Shown: in pieces, positions 44,502 to 55,681 of the stretch | Layout: the number at the start of each line of letters is the position of its first letter | How positions within the stretch are numbered: the first letter of the stretch is position 1 | NCBI GenBank assembly: GCA_032654565.1 | Contig: JAULAX010000007.1 | Span: forward strand, 128,001 to 192,000 | DNA length: 64,000 nt | Source: Anaeromyxobacteraceae bacterium | Lineage (GTDB): Bacteria > Myxococcota > Myxococcia > Myxococcales > Anaeromyxobacteraceae | Direction of reading: 5' to 3' | Made by a program: the position numbers and the translations under genes | The notes under the pieces: generated by a model | What the model saw: only the letters and a program-made list of their open reading frames with translations | Database searches by the model: none | Told to the model about the DNA's origin: nothing

Positions 44502-45031
44502 ACCGCCTCCGCCTCGTCGCCTCCGCCGCCCTGCTGCTCGGCGCCGCCGCCTGCGACAAGCCCAAGCCGGCGGTCACCGCCGCCCCCGCCGCCCGCCCCG
44601 CCGCAGCCGCCCAGCCGGCCGCCGCCGCCGCCGAGGGCGACAAGAAGCCAGGGGAGGCCTGGTCCTACTCCTCGGTGGGCAAGCGCGATCCGTTCCGCAG
44701 CTTCCTCTCCGAGACCCGCGGTGGCGGCCCCGCGCTGACCACCCGCTGCGCCACCCCGCTCGGCCGCTACGAGCTGGAGCAGTTCAGGCTGGTGGCGGTC
44801 ATCACCGGGCTGGAAGACCCGGTGGCCATGGTCCAGGCGCCCAACGGCACCGGCTACACGGTGCGCCGTGGCTCCTGCATCGGCAAGAACGGCGGCAGCG
44901 TCGCGGCCGTCCGCACCGGCGAGGTGGTGGTCGCAGAGTGGGCCACCCGCGCCGATGGAACCCGGGACCGGACCCAGACCGTGCTCAGCCTCCCCAAGCG
45001 GGAAGTCATCAACCTCGAGGAGTCGCCATGA
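44498..45031 (+). CDS. pilP: Type IV pilus lipoprotein PilP
   Basis: Lipobox-like GAAAC, KRDPF, PLGRYEL and IGKNGG. Confidence 0.92.
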   Translation: MNRLRLVASAALLLGAAACDKPKPAVTAAPAARPAAAAQPAAAAAEGDKKPGEAWSYSSVGKRDPFRSFLSETRGGGPALTTRCATPLGRYELEQFRLVAVITGLEDPVAMVQAPNGTGYTVRRGSCIGKNGGSVAAVRTGEVVVAEWATRADGTRDRTQTVLSLPKREVINLEESP

Positions 45032-47820
45032 ACAACCACCCCCAGCGCCTTGCCGGCTTCCTCCTGTGGGGCGCCCTCGCGGTGGCCTCCCCGGCGCGCG
45101 CCGCCGACGCCAACGCCATCAGGTCCATCGACGTCGCCGAGCAGGGCGGCGCGGTGGAGCTGGCCATCCGCGGCTCGCGGCCCCCCTCCTACACCGTCTT
45201 CAAGCTGCAGGACCCGCCGCGCCTGGTGGTCGACCTGGCCGGCGCCGACGTCACCGCGGTGGCCTCGCCGGTCCAGGTGGGGAAGGGCGGCGTGCTGGCC
45301 GTCTCCACCGCCCAGTACAAGGACGAGCGGAGCACCGTGGGGCGGGTCATCGTCGCCCTCGACGGCGCCCGCCGCTACGAGGTGCTGGAGCGCGGCGAGT
45401 CGGTGGTGGTCCGGGTGCTGTCGCCCGAGGCGCCGGCCACGGCTGCCGTCACCCCCCCGGCCACGCCGGCCGAGCCCTCCGCCGCCTTCGCCGCCCCTGC
45501 GGCCCAGCCGCTGGCGCAGGCCAACGAACCTGCGCCCGCGCCGGCCGTCCCGGTGGCGGCCCCGGTCGACCCCGTGGTCATTCCTGCCGTCACCCCGGCC
45601 GCCCCGATCGCCGCCGCGCCCCCGGCCGCGCCCGCCAACGACAACGTGGTCTCCCGCCGCACCGACGAGGCCCCGGTGAAGCGCGCCGCCAGCGCCGTCA
45701 CCGGCGTCAAGCCCTCCGGCCGCGGGCTGCTGCTGGCCACCGACGGCGACGTCGGCTCCATCGAGATCATCGAGCTGAAGAACCCGGCCCGCCTCGCCCT
45801 CGACCTCCACGGCGTCGTCAAGGCGCCCAAGGGGACGGTGAAGCTGGACGGGGCCTTCGGCCAGGTCCGCTTCGGCCGCGACACCAACAAGGTGCGCGTG
45901 GTCCTCGACGTGGCCGGCGACCTGCCGGCCTACCAGGTCAAGCGCGTCGCCGGCGGCATCGCGGTGACGCCCCGCGGCGCCGCGACGCCCGCCCCGTCCA
46001 GCCCGACGCCGTCGGCGGTCGCCGCCGCCCCGGCTCCGGTCCGGACCCGGCAGGCCGCGGCCCCGGTGGCCGCGCCGAAGCGGGCCCGGATCAGCGACGT
46101 CACCTTCAGTCATACCAACGGCACCTCGCGCATCGAGGTGGTGGGCAGCGCCCGCCACACCGTGACCCGCCCCGACGCCCGCACCGTGGTCCTCTCGCTC
46201 GACGCCGCCGAGCTGCCGCGCAAGCTGGAGCGGTCGCTCGACACCAGCGCCTTCGGCGGCCCGGTGATGATGATCTCCTCCTTCAACCAGCCCTCCACCG
46301 GCCAGGTGAAGATCGTGGCCACCCTGCGCGGCCCCACCGCCGACGCCCTCGCCGAGCGCGGCGACGGCCTCACCTGGACCTTCGCCGAGCCGGCGGTGGC
46401 CAGCGGCGCCCGCGACGACGAGCCGGTCATGCTCTCCGACGACACCAGCGCCACCACCGCCGAGGCGGGGGCGGCCGGGTTCGCCGCCGAGGCCCCCAGC
46501 TACGCCTCGGCCGGCGCGCCCCAGAAGAAGGGCTACACCGGCCGGCGCATCAGCCTGGAGTTCCACGACATCGAGGTCCGCAACCTGCTGCGGCTCATCG
46601 CCGACGTCTCCAAGAAGAACATGGTGGTGGCCGACGACGTGGGCGGCAAGGTGACCGTCTCCCTGCGCAACGTCCCCTGGGACCAGGCCCTCGACCTGGT
46701 GCTCCGCTCCAAGGGGCTGGGCAAGGAGGAGATGGGGAACATCATCCGGGTCGCCAAGCTGGAGGACATCGCCAAGGAGCAGGAGGCGCTGGCCAAGGCC
46801 GCCGAGGCCCGCAAGCCGCTCATCCCCCTCAAGGTCCGCATCATCCCGGTCAACTTCGCCCGGGCCGGTGACATGGCCGGCCGGATCAAGGACGTGCTCA
46901 CCGAGCGCGGCAGCGTCTCCACCGACGAGCGGACCAACGTGCTCATCGTCAAGGACGTCCAGGAGGCGCTGACCCGGGCCGAGGGGCTGGTGCGCAACCT
47001 CGACACCGCCATCCCCCAGGTGCTGATCGAGAGCCGCATCGTCGAGGCCTCGTCCAACTTCAACAAGGCCATCGGCGTCCAGTGGGGCGGCAACGCCTCC
47101 ATGTCGCAGGCCTCCGGCAACCCCACCGGGCTGGCCTTCCCCAACATCGCCTCCGGCGCCGGCGCCGCCGGCGGCGGCCCGACCACCGGCACCGCCAACG
47201 CCCCGCAGTACGCCGTCAACCTCCCGGCCGCCATCGGCCAGGGGGCCGGCGGCGGCATCGGCATGGTCTTCGGCTCGGCCGGCGGGGCCTTCAACCTCAA
47301 CCTGCGGCTCTCGGCGCTGGAGAACAGCGGCGTGGTCAAGACCATCTCCTCGCCGCGGGTGGCCACCATCGACAACAAGGAGGCCACCATCGGCCAGGGC
47401 ATCAGCATGCCCTACTCGCAGGTGAGCGCCTCGGGCGTGAACACCACCTTCATCGAGGCCAAGCTGGAGCTCAAGGTGACGCCGCACGTCTCCGCCGATG
47501 GCTCCATCCTCCTCAAGATCAAGGCCACCAACAACCAGGCCAACCCGCAGCTGACCGGCGCCAACGGCCAGCCCTCCATCTCCAAGCGCGAGGCCGAGAC
47601 CGAGGTGCTGGTCAAGGACGGCGAGACCACGGTGATCGGCGGCATCTTCACCCGCCAGACCTCCACCCGGCGCAGCGCCGTCCCCTTCTTCGGCAAGATC
47701 CCCATCATCGGGTTCTTCTTCCGCACCGACGCCGATTCGGACGACCACACCGAGCTGCTCATCTTCATCACCCCCCGCATCCTCAACCGCCAGGCGACCG
47801 CCGTCGCCAACGGCGGGTAG
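45028..47820 (+). CDS. pilQ: Type IV pilus secretin PilQ with N-terminal AMIN domains (930 aa)
   Basis: ATG45028 after GAGGAG; AMIN repeats (PPRLVVDL, PARLALDL), YTGRRISLEF, VPWDQALD, QVLIESRIVEA and ELLIFITPRI. Confidence 0.96.
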   Translation: MNNHPQRLAGFLLWGALAVASPARAADANAIRSIDVAEQGGAVELAIRGSRPPSYTVFKLQDPPRLVVDLAGADVTAVASPVQVGKGGVLAVSTAQYKDERSTVGRVIVALDGARRYEVLERGESVVVRVLSPEAPATAAVTPPATPAEPSAAFAAPAAQPLAQANEPAPAPAVPVAAPVDPVVIPAVTPAAPIAAAPPAAPANDNVVSRRTDEAPVKRAASAVTGVKPSGRGLLLATDGDVGSIEIIELKNPARLALDLHGVVKAPKGTVKLDGAFGQVRFGRDTNKVRVVLDVAGDLPAYQVKRVAGGIAVTPRGAATPAPSSPTPSAVAAAPAPVRTRQAAAPVAAPKRARISDVTFSHTNGTSRIEVVGSARHTVTRPDARTVVLSLDAAELPRKLERSLDTSAFGGPVMMISSFNQPSTGQVKIVATLRGPTADALAERGDGLTWTFAEPAVASGARDDEPVMLSDDTSATTAEAGAAGFAAEAPSYASAGAPQKKGYTGRRISLEFHDIEVRNLLRLIADVSKKNMVVADDVGGKVTVSLRNVPWDQALDLVLRSKGLGKEEMGNIIRVAKLEDIAKEQEALAKAAEARKPLIPLKVRIIPVNFARAGDMAGRIKDVLTERGSVSTDERTNVLIVKDVQEALTRAEGLVRNLDTAIPQVLIESRIVEASSNFNKAIGVQWGGNASMSQASGNPTGLAFPNIASGAGAAGGGPTTGTANAPQYAVNLPAAIGQGAGGGIGMVFGSAGGAFNLNLRLSALENSGVVKTISSPRVATIDNKEATIGQGISMPYSQVSASGVNTTFIEAKLELKVTPHVSADGSILLKIKATNNQANPQLTGANGQPSISKREAETEVLVKDGETTVIGGIFTRQTSTRRSAVPFFGKIPIIGFFFRTDADSDDHTELLIFITPRILNRQATAVANGG

Positions 47821-47838
47821 GCAGGAGGGACGACCCCC

Positions 47839-48504
47839 ATGAACGCCCGAAACCTCGCTCCGCTGCTGCTGGTCGCCGCCCTCGCCGGCTGCGTCGACAA
47901 CAACGCCTCGGTCCGCCTCTCCGGCACCTGCGCCCCGCCGGCGCCGGCCGCCGGGGTCTGCGCCTACTCGGCGACCTGCGACTCGGTCTGGATGGACAAC
48001 CTCTGGGTCGACACCGCCTACGTCGACCCCGTCAACCCCTCGCCGCTCGACGGGACCCTCTACTGGCCCTTCCAGGCGGACAACCAGCGGTCGGACAACT
48101 CCGGCCGCGATGGCGGCACCAACACCGCCACCGCCTTCATCACCGGCTTCAAGATCAGCTACTTCTCCGCCACCATCTCCATCCCCACGGTGACCATCGA
48201 GGACTCCACCCGGACCATCGAGCCGGGGGCCTCGGCGGTGGTCTCCATCCCGGTCATCCCGGTCAGCGTCGCCACCCTGCTCGGCGTGCCCCTGCCCGGC
48301 GGCGGCGACCTGCAGGGCACCGTGCGGGCCGAGATCCAGGCCACCGGAAAGTTCGGTGACGGCTCCTCCTTCGAGACCGGCCCGTACTCGGTGGTGGTCG
48401 ACATCATCAACGGCGCCGGCGCCGGCTACGGCTGTCCACTGAGCACACCGAACCTGGCGGTCTGCCCCAAGGCGGGCCAGTCGGGCGTCCCGCTCTGCGA
48501 GTAG
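47839..48504 (+). CDS. Hypothetical Cys-rich lipoprotein
   Basis: GGAGG ribosome-binding site, LAGC lipobox and six further Cys; directly after pilQ. Confidence 0.8.
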   Translation: MNARNLAPLLLVAALAGCVDNNASVRLSGTCAPPAPAAGVCAYSATCDSVWMDNLWVDTAYVDPVNPSPLDGTLYWPFQADNQRSDNSGRDGGTNTATAFITGFKISYFSATISIPTVTIEDSTRTIEPGASAVVSIPVIPVSVATLLGVPLPGGGDLQGTVRAEIQATGKFGDGSSFETGPYSVVVDIINGAGAGYGCPLSTPNLAVCPKAGQSGVPLCE

Positions 48505-48543
48505 CGGCGCGACCCCGCCTTCGGGGGGCTGCCGGTTGTCTTG
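48505..48543 (+). terminator. Candidate terminator of the pilM-Q operon
   Basis: Bulged stem with a cUUCGg loop (CGGC..CCCC.CC-TTCG-GGGGGG..GCCG) followed by GTTGTCTTG. Confidence 0.4.
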
Positions 48544-48631
48544 ACGGATCGCGCACGAGCGGGCTACATACGGCCCGCTTCGTGACGCGGTCCTCGTCTT
48601 TTCGGGGATTTACGACGCGGAGCGGCGAGCC

Positions 48632-48994
48632 ATGAGCTTTCGAGCACACCTCCAGCAGGTCGTCGAGAACGTCGATGGTGCCGTGGCCTGCGCCCTGATG
48701 GGCGTGGACGGCATCGAGGTCGACAGCCACCACCTCGACGGCGGGGACGGGCTGGACGTCCACACCCTGCTCATCGAGTACTCCTCCCTCTTCCGCGCCG
48801 CGCGCGAGGCGGCGGCGGCCCACGAGGCCGGCGCGGTGTCGGAGCTCTCGGTGCTCTCGGAGCGGCTGCTGGTGGTGGCCCGGCTCGTCTCACCCGAGTA
48901 CTTCATGGTGGTGGCCCTCCGGCCCGACGGCAACTTCGGCAAGGCGCGCTTCATGATGCGCGTCACCGCACCGAAGCTGCTGGCGGAGCTGTAG
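48632..48994 (+). CDS. mglC: Roadblock/LC7 protein MglC
   Basis: 120 aa, MSFR.HL..VV..VDGA.AC..MG.DGI and GNFGK.R...RVTAPK; lies between pilQ and efp as in Myxococcus (recalled synteny). Confidence 0.85.
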   Translation: MSFRAHLQQVVENVDGAVACALMGVDGIEVDSHHLDGGDGLDVHTLLIEYSSLFRAAREAAAAHEAGAVSELSVLSERLLVVARLVSPEYFMVVALRPDGNFGKARFMMRVTAPKLLAEL

Positions 48995-49081
48995 GACCGC
49001 CGCCCCGGCGCGCGCCCCGGCCCCGCCAGGGGATTGGGCTCCGCCGGTTCCAGGGACTTCCAACAGGAGCAGGAGAAGCAG

Positions 49082-49654
49082 ATGGGCGACAGCATGGACA
49101 CCTCGGCGTTCCGCCGCGGCCTCAAGATCGAGATCGACGGCGACCCCTGGGAGATCGTGGAGTTCCAGCACGTCAAGCCCGGAAAGGGCTCGGCCTTCGT
49201 GCGGACCAGGATCCGCAACATGATCAACAACCGGACCATCGACCGGACCTTCAAGTCTGGCGACGTGGTGGGCAAGCCGGACATCGAGGAGAAGGAGATG
49301 CAGTACCTCTACCGCGACGGCGACCACTACAACTTCATGGACAACAAGAACTTCGAGCAGACCTTCCTGACCGTCGAGCAGATGGGCGACTCGAAGAACT
49401 TCATCAAGGACAACACCACCACCCACATCGTCTTCTTCAACGGCAAGGCCATCGGCATCACCCTGCCCAACGCCATGGACCTGCTGGTGGCCAAGTGCGA
49501 TCCCGGCGTCCGCGGCGACACCGTGTCGGGCGCCACCAAGCCGGCCACGCTGGAGACCGGCTTCGTCGTCAACGTCCCGCTCTTCATCAACGAGGGCGAG
49601 ATCCTCCGCATCGACACCCGCACCGGCGAGTACCTGACCCGCGTCGCCGGCTAG
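49082..49654 (+). CDS. efp: Elongation factor P
   Basis: FQHVKPGKGSAFVR, PGVRGDT, KPATLETG, VPLFI and DTRTGEY. Confidence 0.97.
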   Translation: MGDSMDTSAFRRGLKIEIDGDPWEIVEFQHVKPGKGSAFVRTRIRNMINNRTIDRTFKSGDVVGKPDIEEKEMQYLYRDGDHYNFMDNKNFEQTFLTVEQMGDSKNFIKDNTTTHIVFFNGKAIGITLPNAMDLLVAKCDPGVRGDTVSGATKPATLETGFVVNVPLFINEGEILRIDTRTGEYLTRVAG

Positions 49655-49699
49655 TCCGACCGTCCCCCCCACGGTTCCAACCCCAAGGAGCGAGAGCGC

Positions 49700-50218
49700 A
49701 TGGCCAAGTCCACCAAGCAGCCCGTCAAGGAAGCCGCCCAGGCCTTCACCATCGAGGACGTGAAGAAGCTGGTGGCGCTGGTCGAGAAGACCGACGTCAG
49801 CCTGGTGGCCTGGAGCCGCGGCATCGAGAAGGTGGTCATCCGCCGCGGCGCCGTGGTGGCCATGGCGCCCCACGCCCCGGTGGCCATGCACCACGCCCCG
49901 GTGGCGGCCCCGCTCCCGGCGGCGCCGTCCGCCGCCCCCACCGCCGCCAAGGCCGAGGCCAAGGCCGTCGAGGCCCCCGGCTCGGTGGTCACCTCGCCGT
50001 TCGTGGGCACCTTCTACCGCGCCCCCTCGCCCGACTCGCCGCCGTTCACCGACGTCGGCGCCAAGGTGAAGAAGGGCCAGACGCTCTGCATCGTCGAGGC
50101 CATGAAGCTGATGAACGAGATCGAGAGCGAGATCGACGGGACCGTCGCCGAGATCTACGCCCAGAACGGCAGCCCGGTGGAGTTCAGCGAGAAGCTCTTC
50201 CGCGTCGTCCCGGGTTAG
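49700..50218 (+). CDS. accB: Acetyl-CoA carboxylase biotin carboxyl carrier protein
   Basis: [21 protein letters not shown] and an Ala/Pro linker. Confidence 0.96.
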   Translation: MAKSTKQPVKEAAQAFTIEDVKKLVALVEKTDVSLVAWSRGIEKVVIRRGAVVAMAPHAPVAMHHAPVAAPLPAAPSAAPTAAKAEAKAVEAPGSVVTSPFVGTFYRAPSPDSPPFTDVGAKVKKGQTLCIVEAMKLMNEIESEIDGTVAEIYAQNGSPVEFSEKLFRVVPG

Positions 50219-50234
50219 GCGAACGAGGCCCCAC

Positions 50235-51620
<1,386 letters not shown>

Positions 51621-51659
51621 AAGGCGGAAACCCCTCGTCCTGACGGGGGATTCCGCCTT
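51621..51659 (+). terminator. Long hairpin immediately after accC
   Basis: AAGGCGGAA.CCCCTCGTC-CT-GACGGGGG.TTCCGCCTT. Confidence 0.5.
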
Positions 51660-51778
51660 GCGCCACCCTCATCCTTCCGTTACGCTTGCCAGACCCGCAG
51701 GGTCTGCGCAGGCTGGGCCTTCGTGTGCCCTGTCGGGTCGGTTGCACGACCTCCTGCCCAGCGAGCCGCCCCGGCCAG

Positions 51779-54697
51779 ATGGCCATCGACAAGAACAAGA
51801 TCATCGCCGAGGCCACCAAGCTCGTCCAGCGGGGGGCTTACGACAAGGCGATCACGACCTACGAGAAGATCCTCAAGGAGGATCCCAAGGACGTGCGCGT
51901 CCTGCTCAAGGTCGGGGAGCTCTACCAGAAGAAGGGCGACGACCGGATGGCCGCCGACGCCTTCAAGCGGGTGGCCGAGACCTACGCCGACCAGGGGTTC
52001 TTCCTCAAGTCGGTGGCGGTCTACAAGCAGGTGCTCAAGCTCGACGGCGAGGACGTGCGCGTCAACGAGCGGCTGGCCGGCCTCTACCAGCAGCTCGGCC
52101 TGCTCAGCGACGCCATGGGGCAGTTCCAGCTCATCGCCGCCGCCCACGAGAAGGCCGGCGACGGGGCCCGGCTCCTCGAGGCGCTCAAGCGGATGGTGGA
52201 GCTCGACCCGGAGAACATCGGGTCGGTGGTGCGCCTCGGCAAGCTCTACCAGGGGGCCAACCAGCCGGGGCCGGCCCTGGAGCACTACCGGCGGGCCGCC
52301 GCCTACCTGAAGACGCACAACCGGGCCGACGACTACCTCAAGGTCGCCGAACGGATCGTCGAGCTGGCGCCCGCCGACCTGGCGCTGACCCGCGAGCTGG
52401 CCAACATCTACATGGCCAAGGGCGACACCAAGCGCGCCCTCGCCAAGCTCCAGGTCTGCTTCAAGGCCGACGGGCGCGACGTGGAGACGCTCACCCTGCT
52501 GGCCCAGGCCTTCCGCGACCTCGGGCAGAACACCAAGACGGTGCAGGTCTTCAAGACCCTGGCCGACGTCCACGACCGGGCCGGCCGCCGCGCCGACGCC
52601 ACCGCGGCCTGGCGAAAGGTGGCCGAGCTGGCGCCGGCCGATCCCGACGCGGCGCGGATGCTCGGCGAGGCCCGGCCCGCGCCCATCCCCACGCCCCCGC
52701 CCGTGCCGCGCCCGGCGCCGCCGCCGGCCATGCCGCAGGGCGCCCCGGTCGGCAAGGTGGCGGTGATGCCGCCGCTCCAGGCCTTCAGCCCGCCGCGACC
52801 GGCCCCGCCCCCGCCGCCCCCTCCGGCGCCGGCCCCGCCCCCGCCCCCGGCCGCGCCGCCGGGGCCCGTGCTGGGGGCCGAGGCCATCCCCAAGCTGCTC
52901 ACCGAGGCCGAGGTCTACCTGAAGTACGGGCTGACCGAGAAGGCCCTCGCCCACCTCCGCTCCATCCTGGCCATCGACCCGGAGACCCCGGCGGCGCTGG
53001 AGAAGCTGCGCGACCTGCACCAGGCCGGGGGGCGGCGCGCCGAGGCCCTCGAGGCGGGCGAGAAGGCGATCCGGGCCGCCGTGGCCAAGGGCGACGCCGA
53101 CCGGGCCAGGGAGTCGCTGGCCCGCCTGCGCCAGCTCGATCCCGGCCACCCCAGCCTCGGCGACCTGGCCTCCGCCTGCGGGACCACCGAGGAGATCCAG
53201 CTCTCCAGCGGCGAGGTGGAGGAGGAGCTGGAGCCCGGCGAACTGCCGGCCACCCCGGCCGAGCTGGAGATGGCCGACGAGCCGACCCGCGCCCTGGACG
53301 ACGACGCCCTGGCCGAGCTGTCGGCCGGCGCCCGCGGCGACGAGGTGGTCGAGGACGAGCCGCTCGAGGCCACCGCCCCGACGCCGATCTGGGCGGCGGC
53401 CGCCATCATCCCGCCCGCACCCGCACCTGCTCCTTCGCCCATGCCCGCGCCCACGCCAGCGCCTGCGCCGCGGGCGGCGCCGGATCTGGACCTTGAGGGG
53501 CCCGACGCGGCCCTGCTGCGCACCGCCCTGGCGTCCGTCGACGCCGACGAGGTGGTGGAGGAGGAGGGCGGGGCCGCGCTCCCCGAGCTGGGGGAGGAGC
53601 CGCCCGATCTCCCGTCCACGCCCATCGCCACGCCCATCCCGGCGTCGCTCGCCGCGGCCCTCGACGCCTCCCTGGCCGCGAGCCGGCCCCCGCCGCCCGC
53701 GGCCCCGTCGCCGCGCCCCGTCGACCTCGCCGACGAGCTGGAGGAGGCCGACTTCTTCGCGCAGCAGGGGTTCCTCGCCGACGCCCGGGACTCGCTGGAG
53801 CAGCTGCTGGAGGTCCACCCCGGTCACCCGGTCCTCGAGGCGCGCCTGGCCGACGTCGACCGCCGCCTCGCCGCCAAGCTGGCGCCGCCGCCCGCCCCGG
53901 CCCCGGCTCCGACCCCGGCCCCGGCCCCGGCGGCCGGCACGCCCACGCCGGACCCGCGCGCCACCCGGCAGAGCCCGCGGATGATCGAGCCCACCGCCCC
54001 CGGCGGCGACGGCTTCGACCTCGGCGCCGACCTGGCCGAGGAGCTCGACCGGGCCCCCGACCTCGGTGGCGCCGCCGACGAGTTCCAGTACTCGGTGGAG
54101 GACGTCTTCAACCAGTTCAAGCGCGGCGTGGCCGAGACCGTGACCGCCGAGGACTCGGACACCCACTACGACCTGGGGATCGCCTACAAGGAGATGGGGC
54201 TGGTCGACGACGCCGTCAACGAGTTCGAGACCGCCCTGCGCGGCAACAACCGGAAGAAGGAGATCGACAGCCTCTCGATGATCGCCACCTGCCGCCTCTC
54301 GCAGGGGCGGGCCCGCGACGCCATCGAGCCGCTGCGCCGGGCGCTGCGCTCCGACTACCTCGCCAAGGAGAGCGCCAAGGCCCTCCACTACGAGCTGGGC
54401 GTGGTCCACGAGGAGCTGGGCGAGGGCGAGGAGGCCCTCTGGTGCTTCCAGAAGGTGGCCCGGGTCGATCCCGCCTACCGCGAGACCACCCGCCGCATCG
54501 CCGCGCTCGGTGGCGGGCCGGGCCGACCCCCCGACGGCATGGTGGCGGCGCGCCCGGTGGCCGGGCTGGCCAGGCCGGGCGCCGGCCCCGCGGCGGCGCC
54601 CCGGGCCCCGGACCAGCCCCTCTCCCAGGCCGCGTCGGCCGTCAAGCCGCCGCCGGCCAGCCCTCCTCCGCCGAAGAAGAACATCGGATTCCTGTAG
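51779..54697 (+). CDS. sgmX: Large TPR protein, SgmX-like pilus activator (972 aa)
   Basis: N-terminal TPR array (IDKNKII..ATKL.. ..GFFLKSVAVYKQ), Pro-rich linkers, C-terminal TPRs (THYDLGIAYKEMGL); follows accC as in Myxococcus (recalled synteny). Confidence 0.8.
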   Translation: MAIDKNKIIAEATKLVQRGAYDKAITTYEKILKEDPKDVRVLLKVGELYQKKGDDRMAADAFKRVAETYADQGFFLKSVAVYKQVLKLDGEDVRVNERLAGLYQQLGLLSDAMGQFQLIAAAHEKAGDGARLLEALKRMVELDPENIGSVVRLGKLYQGANQPGPALEHYRRAAAYLKTHNRADDYLKVAERIVELAPADLALTRELANIYMAKGDTKRALAKLQVCFKADGRDVETLTLLAQAFRDLGQNTKTVQVFKTLADVHDRAGRRADATAAWRKVAELAPADPDAARMLGEARPAPIPTPPPVPRPAPPPAMPQGAPVGKVAVMPPLQAFSPPRPAPPPPPPPAPAPPPPPAAPPGPVLGAEAIPKLLTEAEVYLKYGLTEKALAHLRSILAIDPETPAALEKLRDLHQAGGRRAEALEAGEKAIRAAVAKGDADRARESLARLRQLDPGHPSLGDLASACGTTEEIQLSSGEVEEELEPGELPATPAELEMADEPTRALDDDALAELSAGARGDEVVEDEPLEATAPTPIWAAAAIIPPAPAPAPSPMPAPTPAPAPRAAPDLDLEGPDAALLRTALASVDADEVVEEEGGAALPELGEEPPDLPSTPIATPIPASLAAALDASLAASRPPPPAAPSPRPVDLADELEEADFFAQQGFLADARDSLEQLLEVHPGHPVLEARLADVDRRLAAKLAPPPAPAPAPTPAPAPAAGTPTPDPRATRQSPRMIEPTAPGGDGFDLGADLAEELDRAPDLGGAADEFQYSVEDVFNQFKRGVAETVTAEDSDTHYDLGIAYKEMGLVDDAVNEFETALRGNNRKKEIDSLSMIATCRLSQGRARDAIEPLRRALRSDYLAKESAKALHYELGVVHEELGEGEEALWCFQKVARVDPAYRETTRRIAALGGGPGRPPDGMVAARPVAGLARPGAGPAAAPRAPDQPLSQAASAVKPPPASPPPPKKNIGFL

Positions 54698-54709
54698 ATT
54701 GGGGCCGGC

Positions 54710-55627
54710 GTGACCTACCTCGACTTCTACGAGCTCAACCAGGAGCCCTTCTCGAACGCGCCGGTGTCGCGCTTCTACTTCGGCTCGGCCCAGCACGCCC
54801 AGGCCTTGATGCGGCTCACCCACGCCGTCTCCAACATGAAGGGGCTGGCGGTGCTGGTGGGCGACATCGGCGCCGGCAAGACCACCCTGGCCCGCCGCAT
54901 GCTCGACAGCCTCCCCGAGGAGGAGTACGAGGCGGCGCTGCTGGTCATCATCCACTCCGGCATCACCGCCGGCTGGCTGCTGCGCCGCATCGCCCTGCAG
55001 CTCGGGGTGGAGTCGCCGGCCGAGGAGAAGCTGGCCCTGCTCTCGCAGCTCTACCAGCGCCTGGTGAAGATCTACGAGCAGGGGAGGAAGGCGGTGGTGC
55101 TCATCGACGAGGCCCAGATGCTGGCCTCGCGCGAGCTGATGGAGGAGTTCCGCGGCCTGCTCAACCTCGAGGTTCCGGAGCGCAAGCTGCTCTCCTTCGT
55201 CTTCTTCGGCCTCCCGGAGATCGAGGACAACCTCCGGCTCGACCCCCCGCTGGCGCAGCGGGTGGCGCTCAAGTACCGGCTCGAGCCGCTCAAGCCGCAG
55301 GACACCGAGGCCTACATCCACCACCGGCTGCGCCTGGCCGGGGCGACGCGCATCCCCTTCACCGCCGCCGGCATGGTGGCCATCCACGCCCAGTCCCGGG
55401 GCACGCCCCGGCTCATCAACACCATCTGTGACAACGCCCTCTTCGAGGGCTTCGTGGCCCGCACCCGGGAGATCGACGACAAGGCCATCGGCCGGGTCGC
55501 CCGAGATCTCGGGCTGGTGGGCCCCGAGGCGCCCCCCCCCGCGCCGCTCGAGGTCGAACGGCCCTCCGCCCGTCCCCGCATCGACCTCGGGGACATCGAC
55601 CGGTATCTCGAGTCGCTCACCAAGTAG
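54710..55627 (+). CDS. ExeA/GspA-family AAA ATPase
   Basis: YLDFYEL..EPFS, GDIGAGKTT, LIDEAQ and GTPRLINTICDNAL. Confidence 0.9.
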   Translation: MTYLDFYELNQEPFSNAPVSRFYFGSAQHAQALMRLTHAVSNMKGLAVLVGDIGAGKTTLARRMLDSLPEEEYEAALLVIIHSGITAGWLLRRIALQLGVESPAEEKLALLSQLYQRLVKIYEQGRKAVVLIDEAQMLASRELMEEFRGLLNLEVPERKLLSFVFFGLPEIEDNLRLDPPLAQRVALKYRLEPLKPQDTEAYIHHRLRLAGATRIPFTAAGMVAIHAQSRGTPRLINTICDNALFEGFVARTREIDDKAIGRVARDLGLVGPEAPPPAPLEVERPSARPRIDLGDIDRYLESLTK

Positions 55628-55681
55628 CGCGGGGCCGCCGGCAGCTTGGCGGCGGGGCCCCGCGGCGGGACAATCGGTAGC

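Noticed and set aside
52670..53960. Pro/Ala-rich repetitive DNA in sgmX (also in pilQ, pilD and accB)
   Set aside because: These are ordinary low-complexity interdomain linkers without a regular repeat unit.
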